Assembly: GCA_964016885.1 (NCBI GenBank)
Contig: OZ024740.1
Location: 205,034,001 to 205,098,000, forward strand
Reading direction: 5' to 3'
Origin: Eledone cirrhosa
Lineage: Eukaryota
Length of the DNA: 64,000 nt
Shown: piece after piece, positions 1 to 14,176 of the stretch
Numbering within the stretch: the stretch's first letter is position 1
Layout of the letters: each line of letters opens with the position of its first letter
Translations under genes and position numbers: made by a program
The notes under the pieces: generated by a model
The model's input: the letters and a program-made list of their open reading frames with translations, nothing else
Database searches by the model: none
Told to the model about the DNA's origin: nothing

Positions 1-3000
1 CAGCTCCCGATCATCACCCATCCACATCACATATCCATACCAGTGCAGTCCTCCTTCTTGCACTCTACACCTGATTTCCTCTGAGCTCACCCATGCTTAA
101 CCATTCATGGACCTTAACAACCAGCAAAACATACAAAATGAACTCTTATGAAAAATGGTGTATATGAACCTATATGCAATACGTCTATGTATAATAAATA
201 TAAATTTAGTCTTGCTGTATTCTAAGCTGTTATTATGACATTAGGGTAAAAGCAGGTGCATTTCATGGTTAGTTTATCAATGCTTGCTTGCTTACACCTA
301 GATGTTAGGGTATAGAAGATAATATTATTATTGTCAATAATACACAATTAATTATTTTAACGATATTTGCATATGCTAAACAGCCATCTGCAAAGCTGTG
401 TGGATTCACTCAGTAATACAAACGTTGTTAGATGCATTGGTGCAAATATGTAAGTGAAAGGTCAATTGACCTTAAAACGCTTGTGTTCAGTATGTAGGTG
501 AGATTATGAATGGTGTGAATACATTTAACCTATTTTTAAAATAATCAAGAGTTTGGTGGGATTTAGTAAACTTATTACAAGCTCTTTTAATAGCATCACA
601 TTTTAAGCCCATTTTTCCTTTACTATTAAAGATTGGACAGGTCGTTATTGACCACACCTCTCATACACTATCTGTCAAGTACCAAAGTATAGAGGGTGCC
701 AACACAGAAGAACCCTGCACAAATTCTAGACGAAGGCTATTGTAGAAGACACTTGCCTAAGATACCACATTTGCAAAGCAAACTCCACCTTAACCACACA
801 ACCATGTCTCTGTATACTAAAAGTCTAAATACAAAGATCCCTAAAGACGACAGTGAGATTGAACACAAAAGCACGTGGTTGTGAAGCGAATTTTCTAACA
901 CATTGCAGTTATATATATATAAATATAAAAAAAAAAGAAGCTTATAAACCTATTAAAAACAGTGTTTTCTAAAACAAAATTTATCAAAACAATGAAATAT
1001 TGCACTAGATAATAGATAAAACTTAATACACCAATTTAAAAATATTGGCATTTAATAATTTCAAAATCAAAAGATATTTTTGAAAGAATGTTTTAAAATA
1101 TTGCTATCTCAGCTGATAGCAATGATCACATTCGTTATATTTATATAACTGTAGATTATAAAAGAAAATAATACTACTTGTTTAAAGATAAATACGGGAG
1201 GTATTTTTTATTATATTATTGACCGAAAAGCGTTTATGATCTTTCAGTAGTATTGAGATAAATTTCCGAAGAAATGATATGATAAAAAAAAAACGAGATT
1301 TTATTAGAATTGAAAGAGAATAATTCTAGTAGTGTTTTCACAATTTAATAAACTACAGGGGCATAAAGAGCAAGAAAAGAGGAAATAAAACGATATATGG
1401 TTAGCAACAAAGAAGCTATTCGGTAGCCATCCACGTGTCTAGCAAAAATGAAGAAACCACGATCGCAAGAAATTTAAGATAATATTTTTCAGTAAATTTA
1501 CGGTCAACTACAAATATATATCCCCATAAAATGGAGTAAATAAATGTTATATATATATTAATTTATATGATTAATATCCATAAACCGACAGGAAGTGACA
1601 ATTTATTTGCAGTAATGGCGGAACAGGGATGGACGAACGACAGGCAACTAAGATGACACAAAATCTAGATAAAGTTGTAGAAGAGAGAAAAATAAAAATA
1701 TCTATTTTATCAGCGATGCAACGAATGTGGAAAATGAAAAGTATCCTATCATTAAGATCCATCACATGAGACAAACAGTATTAAGTAACCATATTAAAAT
1801 TGAATTCACACAACTTTAATTTAGTATCGCAACCTAGTGCGATATAAGTACTTTAGGTTTACAGCTTTTTTTTTATTTCTTAAAAAGAACTTTTAATGTG
1901 TTGGTTCCAGCTATCAGGCTGTGACCAAGTTATATAAATAATATACATAAATTACAGGTTAACAAATAATAGAAAGAGCAAGCAGTACTTGATTCACTTC
2001 CTACAAACATATAGCAAGTGTGTATGTCAGAAATATGTTAAATACAATCAATGTAAAGTTTAAATGTAAGTAAAACCAACGTGTATACCTATTGATTTAT
2101 GGACAGAAGTCTACACGTTTTTTACCAGCACAAACAACAAAAACTGTCTGTCAGCCATGACCCAGTTACCATTTCTTAAGTGTGAGAGATATTAAATAAA
2201 AAGCCAACTAAATAACGTCATCATAACTCAAAAGAAAATAACAATAACTACAGCCATAGACAAACACTGGCACACGCAGATGGAGGAAATTATTACGGAA
2301 TATAATCTACACTGGTTTTCCAGCTTACGAGAGCAAGATAGACATTTTTTAAACGTTCATGAATAAAATATTTTGGGTGTTTTACAGTCTGTTATATTAA
2401 CTTTCCGTTTATTTCTGAATACCAGACAAATTTCGTTACACTTGGTCACTGACACAATCTTCCGATCGTTATTCAATAATTAATAACAATTCAGCCAAAA
2501 GTGAATTTATTATAAAATAGAGTAACTTTTGAGACCATACAAACGACGCCTACAATTTAGAAGTCTTAGTTTATAAAAAACAAACAAACATAATATCCAC
2601 CTCAGCTGGTTCAATAACATCTATTTTGTGTTGCCCTCATACATTTACCGATGTTTAAAACCCTTTCATATTCATTCTGCCTTCTATTAATTTAGTTTCT
2701 GTAAACCATTTTTTAATAACCTGTCCAAAATATTTTAGTTTTTTCGCTTCTCTGGTGTTAAATAATTAAAAAGTTTTTGGTACTTCATTGATTTTGTGTT
2801 GTGATTATATTCTTAAAGGTCATCTATACCCACATTTCAAAAGCTTATAATCTATTTCATAATACTTTTGTTAATGCTCATGTGTTTCATATAGTAAAGG
2901 ATCACAATTATTGTTTCTTGTTAATAATATGGTTGGACATTTTTTCAAAACACGAGGAAACACGCCAAGAGTGTCAGTAGTTATGGACATGTGAACGACA

Positions 3001-3134
3001 TAGAAATGTAAAGAACAAAACAAGATACAACAGACACCAAAAGTAAATATTATCCATAAGTCATCAAAAACTAACTTTCGAAACATGACGGAAGAAACCA
3101 CGCTTATGTTTGTTTCTGTTAAATTTGGTAAATT

Positions 3135-3303
3135 TATAGAGCACCCCAGTCGATTTCAGTGGGGTAACGCATTTTTTACTCGTTTTTCCCGTTTGCTATC
3201 AACTAATGTAACCATCGACTTTTTCCCCGCATCTTGGAGGTTAGTTGACAACACACGAGGAAAAAAAGATTTCCCCCATTGAAACCAAGCGGTGTGTTCT
3301 ATA
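3135..3303. mobile_element. Degenerate palindromic MITE
   Basis: tatagagcaccccagtcgatttcagtgggg versus cccccattgaaaccaagcggtgtgttctata; inner arms also partly complementary. Confidence 0.5.
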
Positions 3304-4837
3304 ATAATCTTGATTTAAATATAATATAAGCATTACTTACTTTAAACATTGCCAAACTGTATATACATCCGAGGAGGGGGTTTAAGTATTACAATTATCA
3401 AAGATAATATAAATCTAATCCATTACTAGATAAAAAAATATTTGGGAAATGACCGCGACAATGTTAAAGTCTGACTAGACTAGTAAGTGTCCGTATAAGG
3501 AAGATATATATATATATAAACAAATTATTCCTCCAATCACATTGAGTATTTTTGTGTGAAGCCAAGTGTGAAAATATCACTTATAAAACAGTCGAGATTT
3601 AAGAAATCAACAATTTTTACATTACTAACATATATCAAGTGGTGATAGACATACATAACTTCAGTTAGCTGTCCTTATCATCTGATTTTATTTCCTTAAT
3701 GAGTTCACTTTTAAAGGCTAGATCTAAATGACGATTATTCGTTTATACTTCAGATATATTAGACTGCGGTCATGCTGGGATACCGCTTTGATTTCGTCAA
3801 TATCTATTTTATCGAGCTCTTTTTGTCAAACTGCTAGTTTAAGAGACATAAACACACACACACGACGTGCTTCTGCAGCCTCCGTCTACCAACTTCCACT
3901 CACATGGCATTGATCAACTGCTCAGCCGTGCCTTGAAACCGCAATTCAAAGGTGTAGAAATGACATTGTGTTCCAGTATATAAGCTATATTATTCTGATT
4001 GATTATTATTCGTTATCAGCATAAAATTGCAAGACACGATGAAAAAAAAATTCCACTATAAAAACAGACAACGTATTTAATAAACGAAAGCCTCAATGAA
4101 CTGAACAATAACGAAAGTATTTTTCCAAAAAGATTCAACAAGACAATCATAATCGACAGAGGACCTAGCAAAAAATGTATTGAATAATATTCATTAAGAA
4201 AGTTATGAGGAAATAAGGCAGGTGGGGTGAATCAGAAAAATCAAATCCACATATGTAAGTGATGCGTGTGTTTATGTGAACAAGTGGTTTATCAATTCCC
4301 GATATAATTTCTAGTTTGATTATTACAAAATCGAAAGTGAATGCTTGCTTTTCAAGTATAGAAATAATTATAATATTTCCACAATGAGATGGAAATAAGG
4401 AAAAAACCTAATTTTAATATCATGTCCTATCCACTAAGCACGTGTCTACATTTTACTTCAAAATAAAAATGTTTAATCAAGGACAAAAATATAACAAGCA
4501 GTCAAACAAACGATGTTGTTCCCTGAATAATTATTTAATTATGATAATAAATTCATAATTGAATCCTTAAACTAAATTATTTTATGCTAAGAGAGGCATT
4601 GCTAGAAAAATCTGCTGAAATACTGAAAACCTAAATATGCGATCTACACCATGCTCGATAGTACCTTTCTCTTTCGACACAATATAACTGTAATTAGTAT
4701 TTAACGAGGGAGAATAAGAAAAAAATGTGGCTTGGGGCACATTCAACAAAATATTTAAATCAAACAAATTTATAAGAATAAAATTAAAACTAACATTTTT
4801 CTTAAGCTTCTTTTTCGAATCACCATTAATTTTCGCA

Positions 4838-6704
4838 GTCATTTTTCACCATCAAACACTGCTTTTTAGTTCCCTTGTTTTCTCTAACTTTTCAAGAATT
4901 CGACAAAATAAATATACTATATAAATATATTCAGTAATTGCTGGTTAAATTAATGATTTCAATTAAAAACTGATCAACTTTAACACGTTGGTGAAATAGG
5001 TTGGCGCACCCAATTCAGACTAGCACGTGTGAGAAGCTGACGTTTTCAGGATATATGGCAACGTCACATCCGTTTAACCCCCTCCTTCTATGTGACAGTA
5101 ACTTCGTTACTTATATAATTTCACAGCATTCCACAAGGTAGACCTATTTTTATACGCAAATCGATGACGATCCTCCGTCAGTTTCGACGATGAGCATCCA
5201 ATCGTTTGATCCACAAAACATCCAACTCGGGAATTAACTCATAATTGGTTGAGTACTCCTCAGACACGTGTATCCAAGCCGAATCAGCATGACGCAATGA
5301 TACTCACTACGCTCGGTGCCTATTGTAAAAACAGCCCCAAAATTACACATTCTGGAATAAAACCAAGAATTTCATAATTGCGAAGCAAACTTTTTCAACA
5401 ATTCAACGATGGTGCCTGCTAGAAACAGTAACCAAATTCAGATCTTCCCCGAAGCACACTACTGTCAAATGAAATAGCAGTCAAGTCTCTCTCAAATTAT
5501 ACCCGACCAACTTAAACAAAAGAAGACACATTCAAAAATGTATTCTTGCAGCGTATGAATAACAAAAGAGGGTAGGGTTTACAGATTATAAAAGCCATTT
5601 GAGCATAGGTCGTCTGCTCAATCAGTGCTGTACAACAAAAACCCTGATTACTCATCCCGACTGATAATGGGGAGAGGGAGTGATTGTTATAGTTTTTTAA
5701 TAAATGCAATTAGCGATGTAGGTGAAAGGTATTTTGAACCCCATAACGTGAAGCTTTTTCAGTAAAAATCAAATAAGTGGTATTATTGAAAATAGGTTTC
5801 GAACTGAGGTCACAGCTCCAATACTATGGGCATGTGGTTAGAATGTCTCAGTAAGGAATTGCTGGACAGATTTTACGAGCAAAACCACCCACCCAGCAGG
5901 AGACCCAGAACAAGATGGTTGGATAACATCCATGAGCTTGGCTGGTCTTGCTTGGGTATCCTGCCAGATCAATTGGAGATGGTTGCTTCTGACAGGACTT
6001 ATTAGAAGAGTGTTTGGGGACTCTGCCCTCACAACCTTAAGAAGAAGGTAGAGCCGCTACTTCTCGGAATTGAGAGACCACAGCTCCGATACTATGGACA
6101 TGTAGTTAGAATGCCTCAGGAAAGAATTGCTGGACAGATTTTATGGGCAAAATCAACCGGCAGGAGACCCAGAGCAAGATGGTTGGATAACATCCATGAG
6201 CTTGGCTTGTTGCTACTGACAGGACCCGCTGGAAGGAGTGTTTGAGGACTCTGCCCCCATGACCCTCTCAGAAATAAGTGGGAGAAGAAAAAGAATATAT
6301 ATATAAATGCAAATAAAGAAAATTATAATAGTTCCTCCGATCCACCAGGTTTATTTAGGATACTCCGCTCCGAAAGAATCCTGACGCTAATGTGTATATA
6401 ACCTGGTGAATTGGACGAGACACCTTTGGTCTAGTATTGAATTCACAACCATAAGATTGTAGGTCTAATTGCTGGATTGGGAAGTGTGTTGCGTTCTTGA
6501 GCAACACATCTGATTTTTTTATGTCTTGAATTGGGTGCGCCAACTAATTTCACCAATGTGATGATCAGCTTTTAATTGAAATCATTAATTTAATCAGTAA
6601 TTACTGAATATATTTATATAGAAGTATATTTATTTTGTCGAATTCTTGAAGAGTTGGAGAAAATAAGGGAACTAAAACCCAGTGTTTGATGGTGAAAAAG
6701 GACT
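4838..6704. repeat. Diverged ~180-bp inverted repeat pair (4838-5020 / 6523-6704)
   Basis: For example ttcaagaattcgacaaaataaatatact and ggcgcacccaattca are present on opposite strands. Confidence 0.8.
5800..6292 (+). mobile_element. Two tandem 3' ends of the Rex3/Expander-like LINE
   Basis: cagctcc(a/g)atactatgg(g/a)catgt... occurs at about 5812 and 6081; matches 8665-8940 in reverse. Confidence 0.8.
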
Positions 6705-6818
6705 GGTTCTTATTTGCTCAAAATATCATTACAAATGCAAACGAAATACACACATATACTTTTTCTCCTCACAAATGTTTTTCCGTTTCTTCTTTTTCCT
6801 CTATTATTTCCCATTCTA

Positions 6819-6854
6819 TCTTCTGATGAAGGACTATTGGCCGAAACATTAAGA
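6819..6854 (+). ncRNA. Minimal Penelope-type hammerhead motif, probably decayed
   Basis: tctt-CTGATGA-agg actattgg cc-GAAAC-att-aaga; stem I tctt/aaga. Confidence 0.45.
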
Positions 6855-6949
6855 CTATTTTACTACTACATCGATCGTTGAATTAATATATTTCTTTATT
6901 GTACTGTCTTGTTTACTTTGTTGCTGAAAGGCTTATAGTACACATAACT

Positions 6950-8315
6950 AAGGGCGGAATCAAGTTAGATGAGATGCAGTTTGGATTTATGCCAAGAAGG
7001 GGTACTACTGATGCCCTCTTTCTTGTAAGACAACTGCAGGAGAGGTATTTAGCTAAGAGTAAGCCACTGTATCAAGCATTGGTAGATCTGAAGAAAGCCT
7101 TTGACAGCGTGCCACGCTCTATAATCTGGTGGGCATTTAGGAAGCTAGTTGTAGACTAATGGCTGGTGAGGGCTATGTAGGCCATGAATAAAGGAGTGAC
7201 CAGCAGAGTGAGAGTTAGCAATGAGTACATTGATGAATTTGAAGTGCAGGTGGGCTTCCTCCAGGGATCAGTCCTCATTTCTTATCTATTTATCATTGTA
7301 TTTCAGGATGTCACTGAGGAGTTTAAAACAGGCGCCTCATGGGAGCTCCTTTATGCCGATGACCTAGTCCTCATAGCTGAGTCTGTAGGAGAGTTAGAAG
7401 GAAAATTTCAAGCATGGAAGAACCGAGAGCTGAAACACCTAAAAGTAAATTTAGCAAAGATGAAAGTCTTAATAAGTAACCAAGAAGACAGAAAAGTGGC
7501 CATGCTCGATATGACAGAAATGGGTGCGTAGAAATTCCACGAGGTGCACACAGTGTAAAGTATGGATGCACAAGAGATGTAGTGATATTGCAGGTAGGTT
7601 AACGGAAAAGATAGACTTTATATGTGGAAGTAAGCACAAAGAACACACGTGAAATAGATTCCTTCAGCTGCCAGGGAAGTTCTCTAGAAGTTGTTGACAC
7701 CTTTTGATACCCCGGTGATCAAATTAGCAGTGGGGGAGGATGAACTGAAAGTGTGATAGCTAGGATAAGAACAAGCTGGAAGAAGTTCAGAGATCTATTA
7801 CCACTGCTAACAACAAAATGCTTTGAAGGATAGCCTATGATGCCTGTGTGCAAACTGCAATGTTACATAACAGTGAAATATGGGCCTTGACTGCTGAATA
7901 CCTGTAGAGGCTAGAAAGAAATGAGTGACATAATATAAGTAAACTAAGGAAGAAACTTGGCATAAGAGGAATCAGTCATGGTGTGCAAGAGAGAAAACTG
8001 AGTTGGTATGGCCATGTAATGCGCATGAAAGATAGCAGCTGCAGAAAGAAATGCAGAGAAACCCCAGTGAATTGGACTCGTGGAAGAGGCAGACCCAGAA
8101 AGACATGAGATGAGGTTGTAAAAACCGACCTTGAAAAGCTAAACCTTACAACAGAAATGACGAAAAACCACGAGGTCTGGTGCTATGCAGTACTGAAGAA
8201 GACCCGACTGTACATAAGTGAGATACTGATCCCTGGCCTGCTTCAGTACTGACTTGGTCTGTATGGGCCTGTCCAACCTTGCTAACAGGGAATGTGGATG
8301 TTAAAACGATGATGA
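6950..8315 (+). mobile_element. Degraded RTE LINE fragment
   Basis: [25 protein letters not shown]; many stops; (GAT)n tail. Confidence 0.88.
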
Positions 8316-8664
8316 TATATATATAGATATATATATACACACACACACACCATCAATTTACACTATAAATTAATAGAATGCATGTTTCAATGACTGAATT
8401 TAGTCATCTCATTGGCTTTTGTTATATATAAGGTGCTGTAGCCATAAATCTCCTAACTGTATTAGTTTCTCATAAAAAAAAAAAAAATCCACGCAAAGAC
8501 AAATTAAGTATCAAACTAAAATATTGGACATATTATGATTGACTTAAAAACACACACACTTAAATGTGGTGCTCCAGTGGAATTGCAGTTAAATGACAAC
8601 CAGTAAAGAAATGAAAGCTTTACTTTTGCTGTCAATTCGTTTGTACCTATGTATATATATCTTC

Positions 8665-10500
8665 TTCACCTGAGGGGGTCGTGGGGACAGAGTCCTCAAA
8701 CACTCCTTCCAGCGAGTCCTGTCAGAAGCAATCATCTCCAACTATTCCAGCTGGATCCCAAGCGTGATCAGTCAAGCTCATGGATGTTATCCAACTATCT
8801 TGCTCGGGTTCTACACCTAGATCTCTTGCCAGTTGATTTAACCCATAAAATCTGTCCAGCGATTCTTTCTTGAGACATTTTAACCACATGCCCATAGTAT
8901 CAGAGCTGTGATCTCTCAATTTGGAGAAGTAGTGGCTATAGCCAGAGTAACTCTAATCTCTGAGCTATGCACTCTATCGAGTAACGTTACCCCAAAAACT
9001 ATTTCAGCCGCTGGTATTTGCGATCGTATTCTTTCAGTCATTACCCAAGATTCATGACCATAGGTAAGGGTTGGCACGATACTGAATTGAAGATAGCGAG
9101 TTTGGCTTTTACACCTACCTCCCTTATTCTGATTACCAATTGCTGAAGTTGACGCATTACTGCAATTCTTGCAGTTATTCAGCCTCTTGCCTTCCACCAC
9201 TCATGAACACAGCCCCGAGATACTTGAACTTCTCCATCTGCTTCAGTGGAACTCCATTCATATGTAGAGTGCACTGTACAGGCTTCCTTTAGAGAAGTGT
9301 CTAAGTTTTCGCAGCACTGATTTTCATTCCAGCCATGCAGCACTTGGCATCAAACCTATCAAGTTGGAGATCACCTTCTGTCGAGTTAAGTAACACCATC
9401 TGGTCTGCAAATTCCAGCCGGTTGATTTTACACCCGCCAGTTGTGATACCACTTTCAACCGGTTGCACATGTCAATCCTGTTCATGAAAATAATGAACAG
9501 GAGAGGTGACAATATGCACCCTTGGTGGAGTCAGTCTCCTACATTGAATGGTTTCAATTTAGCACCATTTATCTGAACACAAATACTTGGATATTCGTAT
9601 AGAGACATCAGGCCAGCAAGAAACTGACCATCAATCCAATACTCCTGCACTACCTTCCATAGCAGGTCCCGAGGAACGCAGTGACATGCCTTTTCGGGGT
9701 CTACAAAACAAGAATATACTTCTTGGCAATAGTCCCACGATTTCTTGAAGACCTGCTGCTGAGTGAATATTTGGGCAAAAACTGCAGTTTATCAGCTAGC
9801 TTGGCCTTGACAATCTCCCTGCATCTTTTTGCCAGACACTTAGCATAGACTTTACCAGGGAGGTTTAACAAGATCCATCTATAATTGGAACAATCCCCTT
9901 GTCTTCCTTTTTGAAAATTGGGTTATACTCCTGATTGCCATTGTTTATGTGCCTTTCCAGAGATCCAGGCCACCTGGCACACACGAGTCAGCCAAAGAAT
10001 ACCTTCTCCATTTAAGATTTTTAATATCTCAGGCTGACTTTCACCTTCCCAGCGGCCTTGCCACATTTGAGCTCTTTAATTGTTCTTGTGACCTCAGCCT
10101 CTGAGAGATTAGTCATTGCTCCCAGATGCACCTTGTGTACATCAGAAGATGCTGTTGTGATTGGGTTTAGGTGATCAGCAAAGTATTCTCTCCATCTCAC
10201 GAGGACGCACCTCTCTGGAGAGAGAATCCCAGATGCGTTCTTGACAGCAAGTGTGGAGGAGGACATTATGAATTTGGATGCAATGGTATCTGCATACCCA
10301 GTTCTGACTTCCTTATACATAAACGCTTCCCACTTTATCCTGTAGGTTGCCTTGGTCTTGCCAGTTTTGTGAGCTTCTTTGGCTTTAGGTAGTCTCAAGT
10401 TGCAGATAACTAGATGATAATCAGTTGACAGCTGAGCCCCTCTCTTAATATGAACACCCAGCACATAATCAAAGAGATCAGAGACAATAACAAAATATAA
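8665..10500 (-). mobile_element. Rex3/Expander-like (RTE clade) LINE, degraded
   Basis: Endonuclease end KRGAQLSTDYHLV, KCGKAAG, SPLLFIIFM, PTLTYGHESWVMTERIRSQI; GAA-type tail. Confidence 0.85.
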
Positions 10501-10831
10501 AATATGACAAGTGGAATGGATTTCCATCAGTTTCGAAAATGAATTCCAGTTGTCTGATCAATGGAACAGCATACTCATGAAATTAATATGGAAGATATAG
10601 TGTAACAGTGTGTGACAAGGTTGGCTCTTACAATAATATGTCCAATCCATCCATCCATCCATTCTGTTTACCCAATTTCACTCATGCAGTGAAGTAAATT
10701 ATATGTCCAAGATATCTTGCAGTGTGATCGAATCTGGGACTTTATGATTGTGAAGCAAACTTCTTAACCATTCGGCCATACTGTGTCCACACCACAAATA
10801 TTTCGGTGGACATACACCAAATCATTATACT

Positions 10832-11242
10832 CTCAATTTGGAGAAGTAGTGGCTCTACCTGGAGTGACTCACTGATTTTCAAGCTATGCACTCTATCGAG
10901 TTGCTCCAAAGACCCTTTCGGTCATTTGTATTCACGATCATATTCTTTTGGTCATTACCCCAAGATTCATGACCATAGGTAAGGGTTGGCATGAATTGAA
11001 AGATTACAGCTCCGATACTATGGACATATGGTTAGTAGGTCTCATGAAAGAATCACTTGACAGATTTTACGGGCAAAACCAACCGACAGGAGACCCTGAG
11101 GAAGATGGTTGTATAACATCCACGAGCTTGGCTGATCTCGCTTGGGGATCCGGCCAGATAGGTTGGATGGTTGCTTCTGACAGAACCCGTTGGAGGGAGT
11201 GTCTGAGGACACAACCCACTCAGGAATAAATTTGCGAAGAAG
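10832..11242 (+). mobile_element. Rex3/Expander-like LINE insertion with 5' inversion and 13-bp TSD
   Basis: TSD aaatcattatact at 10819-10831 and 11243-11255; inverted segment to about 10993, then direct 3' end with gaagaag tail. Confidence 0.82.
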
Positions 11243-14176
11243 AAATCATTATACTTTTCATTATTCAAATTCACATAACCAGCAGCCCTCCTACCACATG
11301 TCTTTCTACGGCTCTATCTAACACATACACGTGTAGAAGGAAGTTTATACTGTGTTTACTGGAAATATAAAGAGTTGTTATTTTTAAGTATAAATGTTTA
11401 AAATGTAAGATTACAGAAACAATACACCAAGACAGTACTTGAGTACTTTTAAAGTCCCCGAACAGAATCAGGAGGGGAGATAATAGAAATTGAGCGAATC
11501 GAATCAGAAATTTCTTTTTTAATCGAGTTTCCATTTGAAGATCTCACCTCAGCACAATTATAAACTATGTAGAGGTCAGAGAAAAGAAAAGTTAAAATAT
11601 CAAAGTGAGCTATCTATGGCTAGTATGATAGTACTACCAAGGGTTGAAAGCGAATATAACTTAAGCCGTGTTACATCCAACTAGTTCATAATGTTTATTT
11701 ATACTTTTATTAACGATGAATTTAATTCAAACTACAAATATTGAGAATGATAAATTTATAATTCCTTGAATATTTACGATGATTATTTTATTAAAAGATG
11801 TTTTTAATTTAATTCAATGTTTATGTGTTTATAAGATTCTAGTGAATACTGCATGTGCTCTTGGAAAAACAGTAAACAAGTCTATTTTATTTACATACAA
11901 ACTGTAACTTTCGAGGTCCACTATTCACTTTACTTTGTGCTTTTTAGTAGCTTCTACTCAAATGAATTGCAATCTTTTCATTCAACTTATACGTGTCATG
12001 TCTTATTTTTAAAATCATTTATTAAATGTGTCGAACTATTAAATTCACTAATAATTAACTCACTATATATTCATATAAAGTTTAATGTAGAATTGGCTTC
12101 TACAGGACTAGAACTGTTTCCTTCAAAAGATGTTTACACTCTACTAATCTATTGAGTATCTTAATAATGTGGTTACCTCCGATTAAATCCGGGACTCACA
12201 CACACACACACACATATATATATTAAATATAGTTCAATGACAAAGAAACAAACGCAGGAGTTACAGGTATAAATTGTTATTAGCTTCACGTTTGGTGAGA
12301 GTGGCGATATATCTATATAAATCTCTCTCTATATATATTGATTTCTTTAGACAAAACATGATTGACGACAACTTTCTTGTCTAGTTCCAGCATTTTTTTT
12401 ATTAGCTTCCTGCTGATTCTTCTGTGGACCCATATATTAGGAATGCCGAAATTATGAAGGGGACAGCCCAAAGGAATGGAAACTGCGACATACGCGTTTA
12501 TATGTATTTTGGCGATCCTCTTTCAAGATAAACAAAATTATTTTTTTAAAATCAATTAAGAAATTTAAATTAAATAAAAACAACAGAATTTATTTATAAC
12601 TGATTTTAAATTTACTTGGTTTAAATAAAAATGCTTTAAATGAAAATTCAAAAAACAGTACAAAAGAAAAAGAAATGTGTAGGTAAGAAAGATTAGTGTT
12701 TTTTACATGAAGATTAAAACATTATAACTAATAAATGCGAACGGAACAGAGCCTGTAGTTCAATTGTGGGTGTATGAGTGAAAATCCTTTTATGAGAAGA
12801 TGATTAAAATACACTTATATGGATAAAAATAATACCAACTTTTTTCTTCATCTTTTTCCTTGAATCTCCATTAATCTTAGTAGTCATTTCTTCGTAGTAA
12901 CTTTACTATTAATCCTTATTTTTTTGTTGCTTTCTCTCTTGGTAAATTGAATTTATATATTTACATTCAAGAGAAACAGTTATGCTGATGTTTCAAAACA
13001 AATGAAGACACTCAGCTAACAATAAATATTATATTATCTTTAGTCAGAAAATACGGACAAGCACGTGTAAAATTCTGAGATTTTCCGGAAATAAGGAAAC
13101 GTAATTTCCGTTGAACTTTACTTAGTTTTCACAATGAATTAAAACTTACAACTTGCTTTGCTTCTTTTTACTACGGGAATATTTATTACAAAACTGGAAC
13201 CCTATTAAATATTATATACAAGTGCCTGAAGATTTTTATTAAATGATATATATATACATAAATAACATTACAAATTGCTCACAATTCTTTCAGAATAACA
13301 TCACAAATATAAACGCATATAACAAATACAATTAACCATTGCTAGGAACCTCACATAAACAACACACCAAAATATATGACCAGAACGAGAGAGATGTTTA
13401 TGATTTGGAACAGAAACAAATGAAAAAGAAAATTATTAAAAGGAAACTCCAGTGCCCCTTGTGGCGTGTGACTGAGTGTGAAGGTCTTCTCATATTTCTT
13501 TCTCTCTTTAAATATATATAGTGTTTGTCGGCATTCTATTGAAATAAACTTATGCTGTCCTCATAGTTACAAACAACAGCAGGGAATGTTGGTGTTTCCC
13601 TCTAAAAATATTTTAGGTAATCCAATACATTCAGTGCATTGTAATGGGTGATGTTGAAGCGACATCACCCACGAGCATTACCTGATACTTCAGTACGGCG
13701 AACTAACAATAATGATGAAAACTTCGTTCAGGGTAGCTGAGCCACTGTGCTCAGCTACCCTGAACATCTCAAATGACATGGTTCCCATAGGCAGAAAATA
13801 GGATGTTCTAACAGACTGGCCTTTCCCAAAGGCATTTATGGTATAAGTTGAGAATGGTTGTATTAAACATTATCTTACTGCAACCTAACTACTTATGGGG
13901 ACTACTATAATAGATATTCGAAAACTTACATTACGTTAGCAATTTATCAGTATACTGGAGTATGACTTGTCATATGGCTAATTTGGGGAGAATACTTTTG
14001 TTATTGTAGGTAACATTAAGTAATGTTATTTAGGTTAAATAATTATAATTTCAGTCAAAATACTTTTAAGTTGAGTTGACCAGAGGCTATGGTAAAGACA
14101 CTTGCCTAAGAGGCCCCTCCATTGGATCAAACCTGGGACCTCATAGTTGCTAAGTGAATTTCTTAACCATTCACCT

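Noticed and set aside
1400-1700. Promoter-like motifs (CACGTG, CAGGAAGTG, ATGGCGG); similar cluster near 13060
   Set aside because: Short motifs with no associated gene or transcript evidence.
11271-11534. ORF METRLKKKFLIRFAQFLLSPLLILFG, signal-peptide-like
   Set aside because: No recognisable homology, no strong splice donor and no linked exons.
13712-13763. C/D box snoRNA (ATGATGA...CTGA)
   Set aside because: The putative D box is buried in a perfect 17-bp stem, there is no terminal stem and no host intron is identified.
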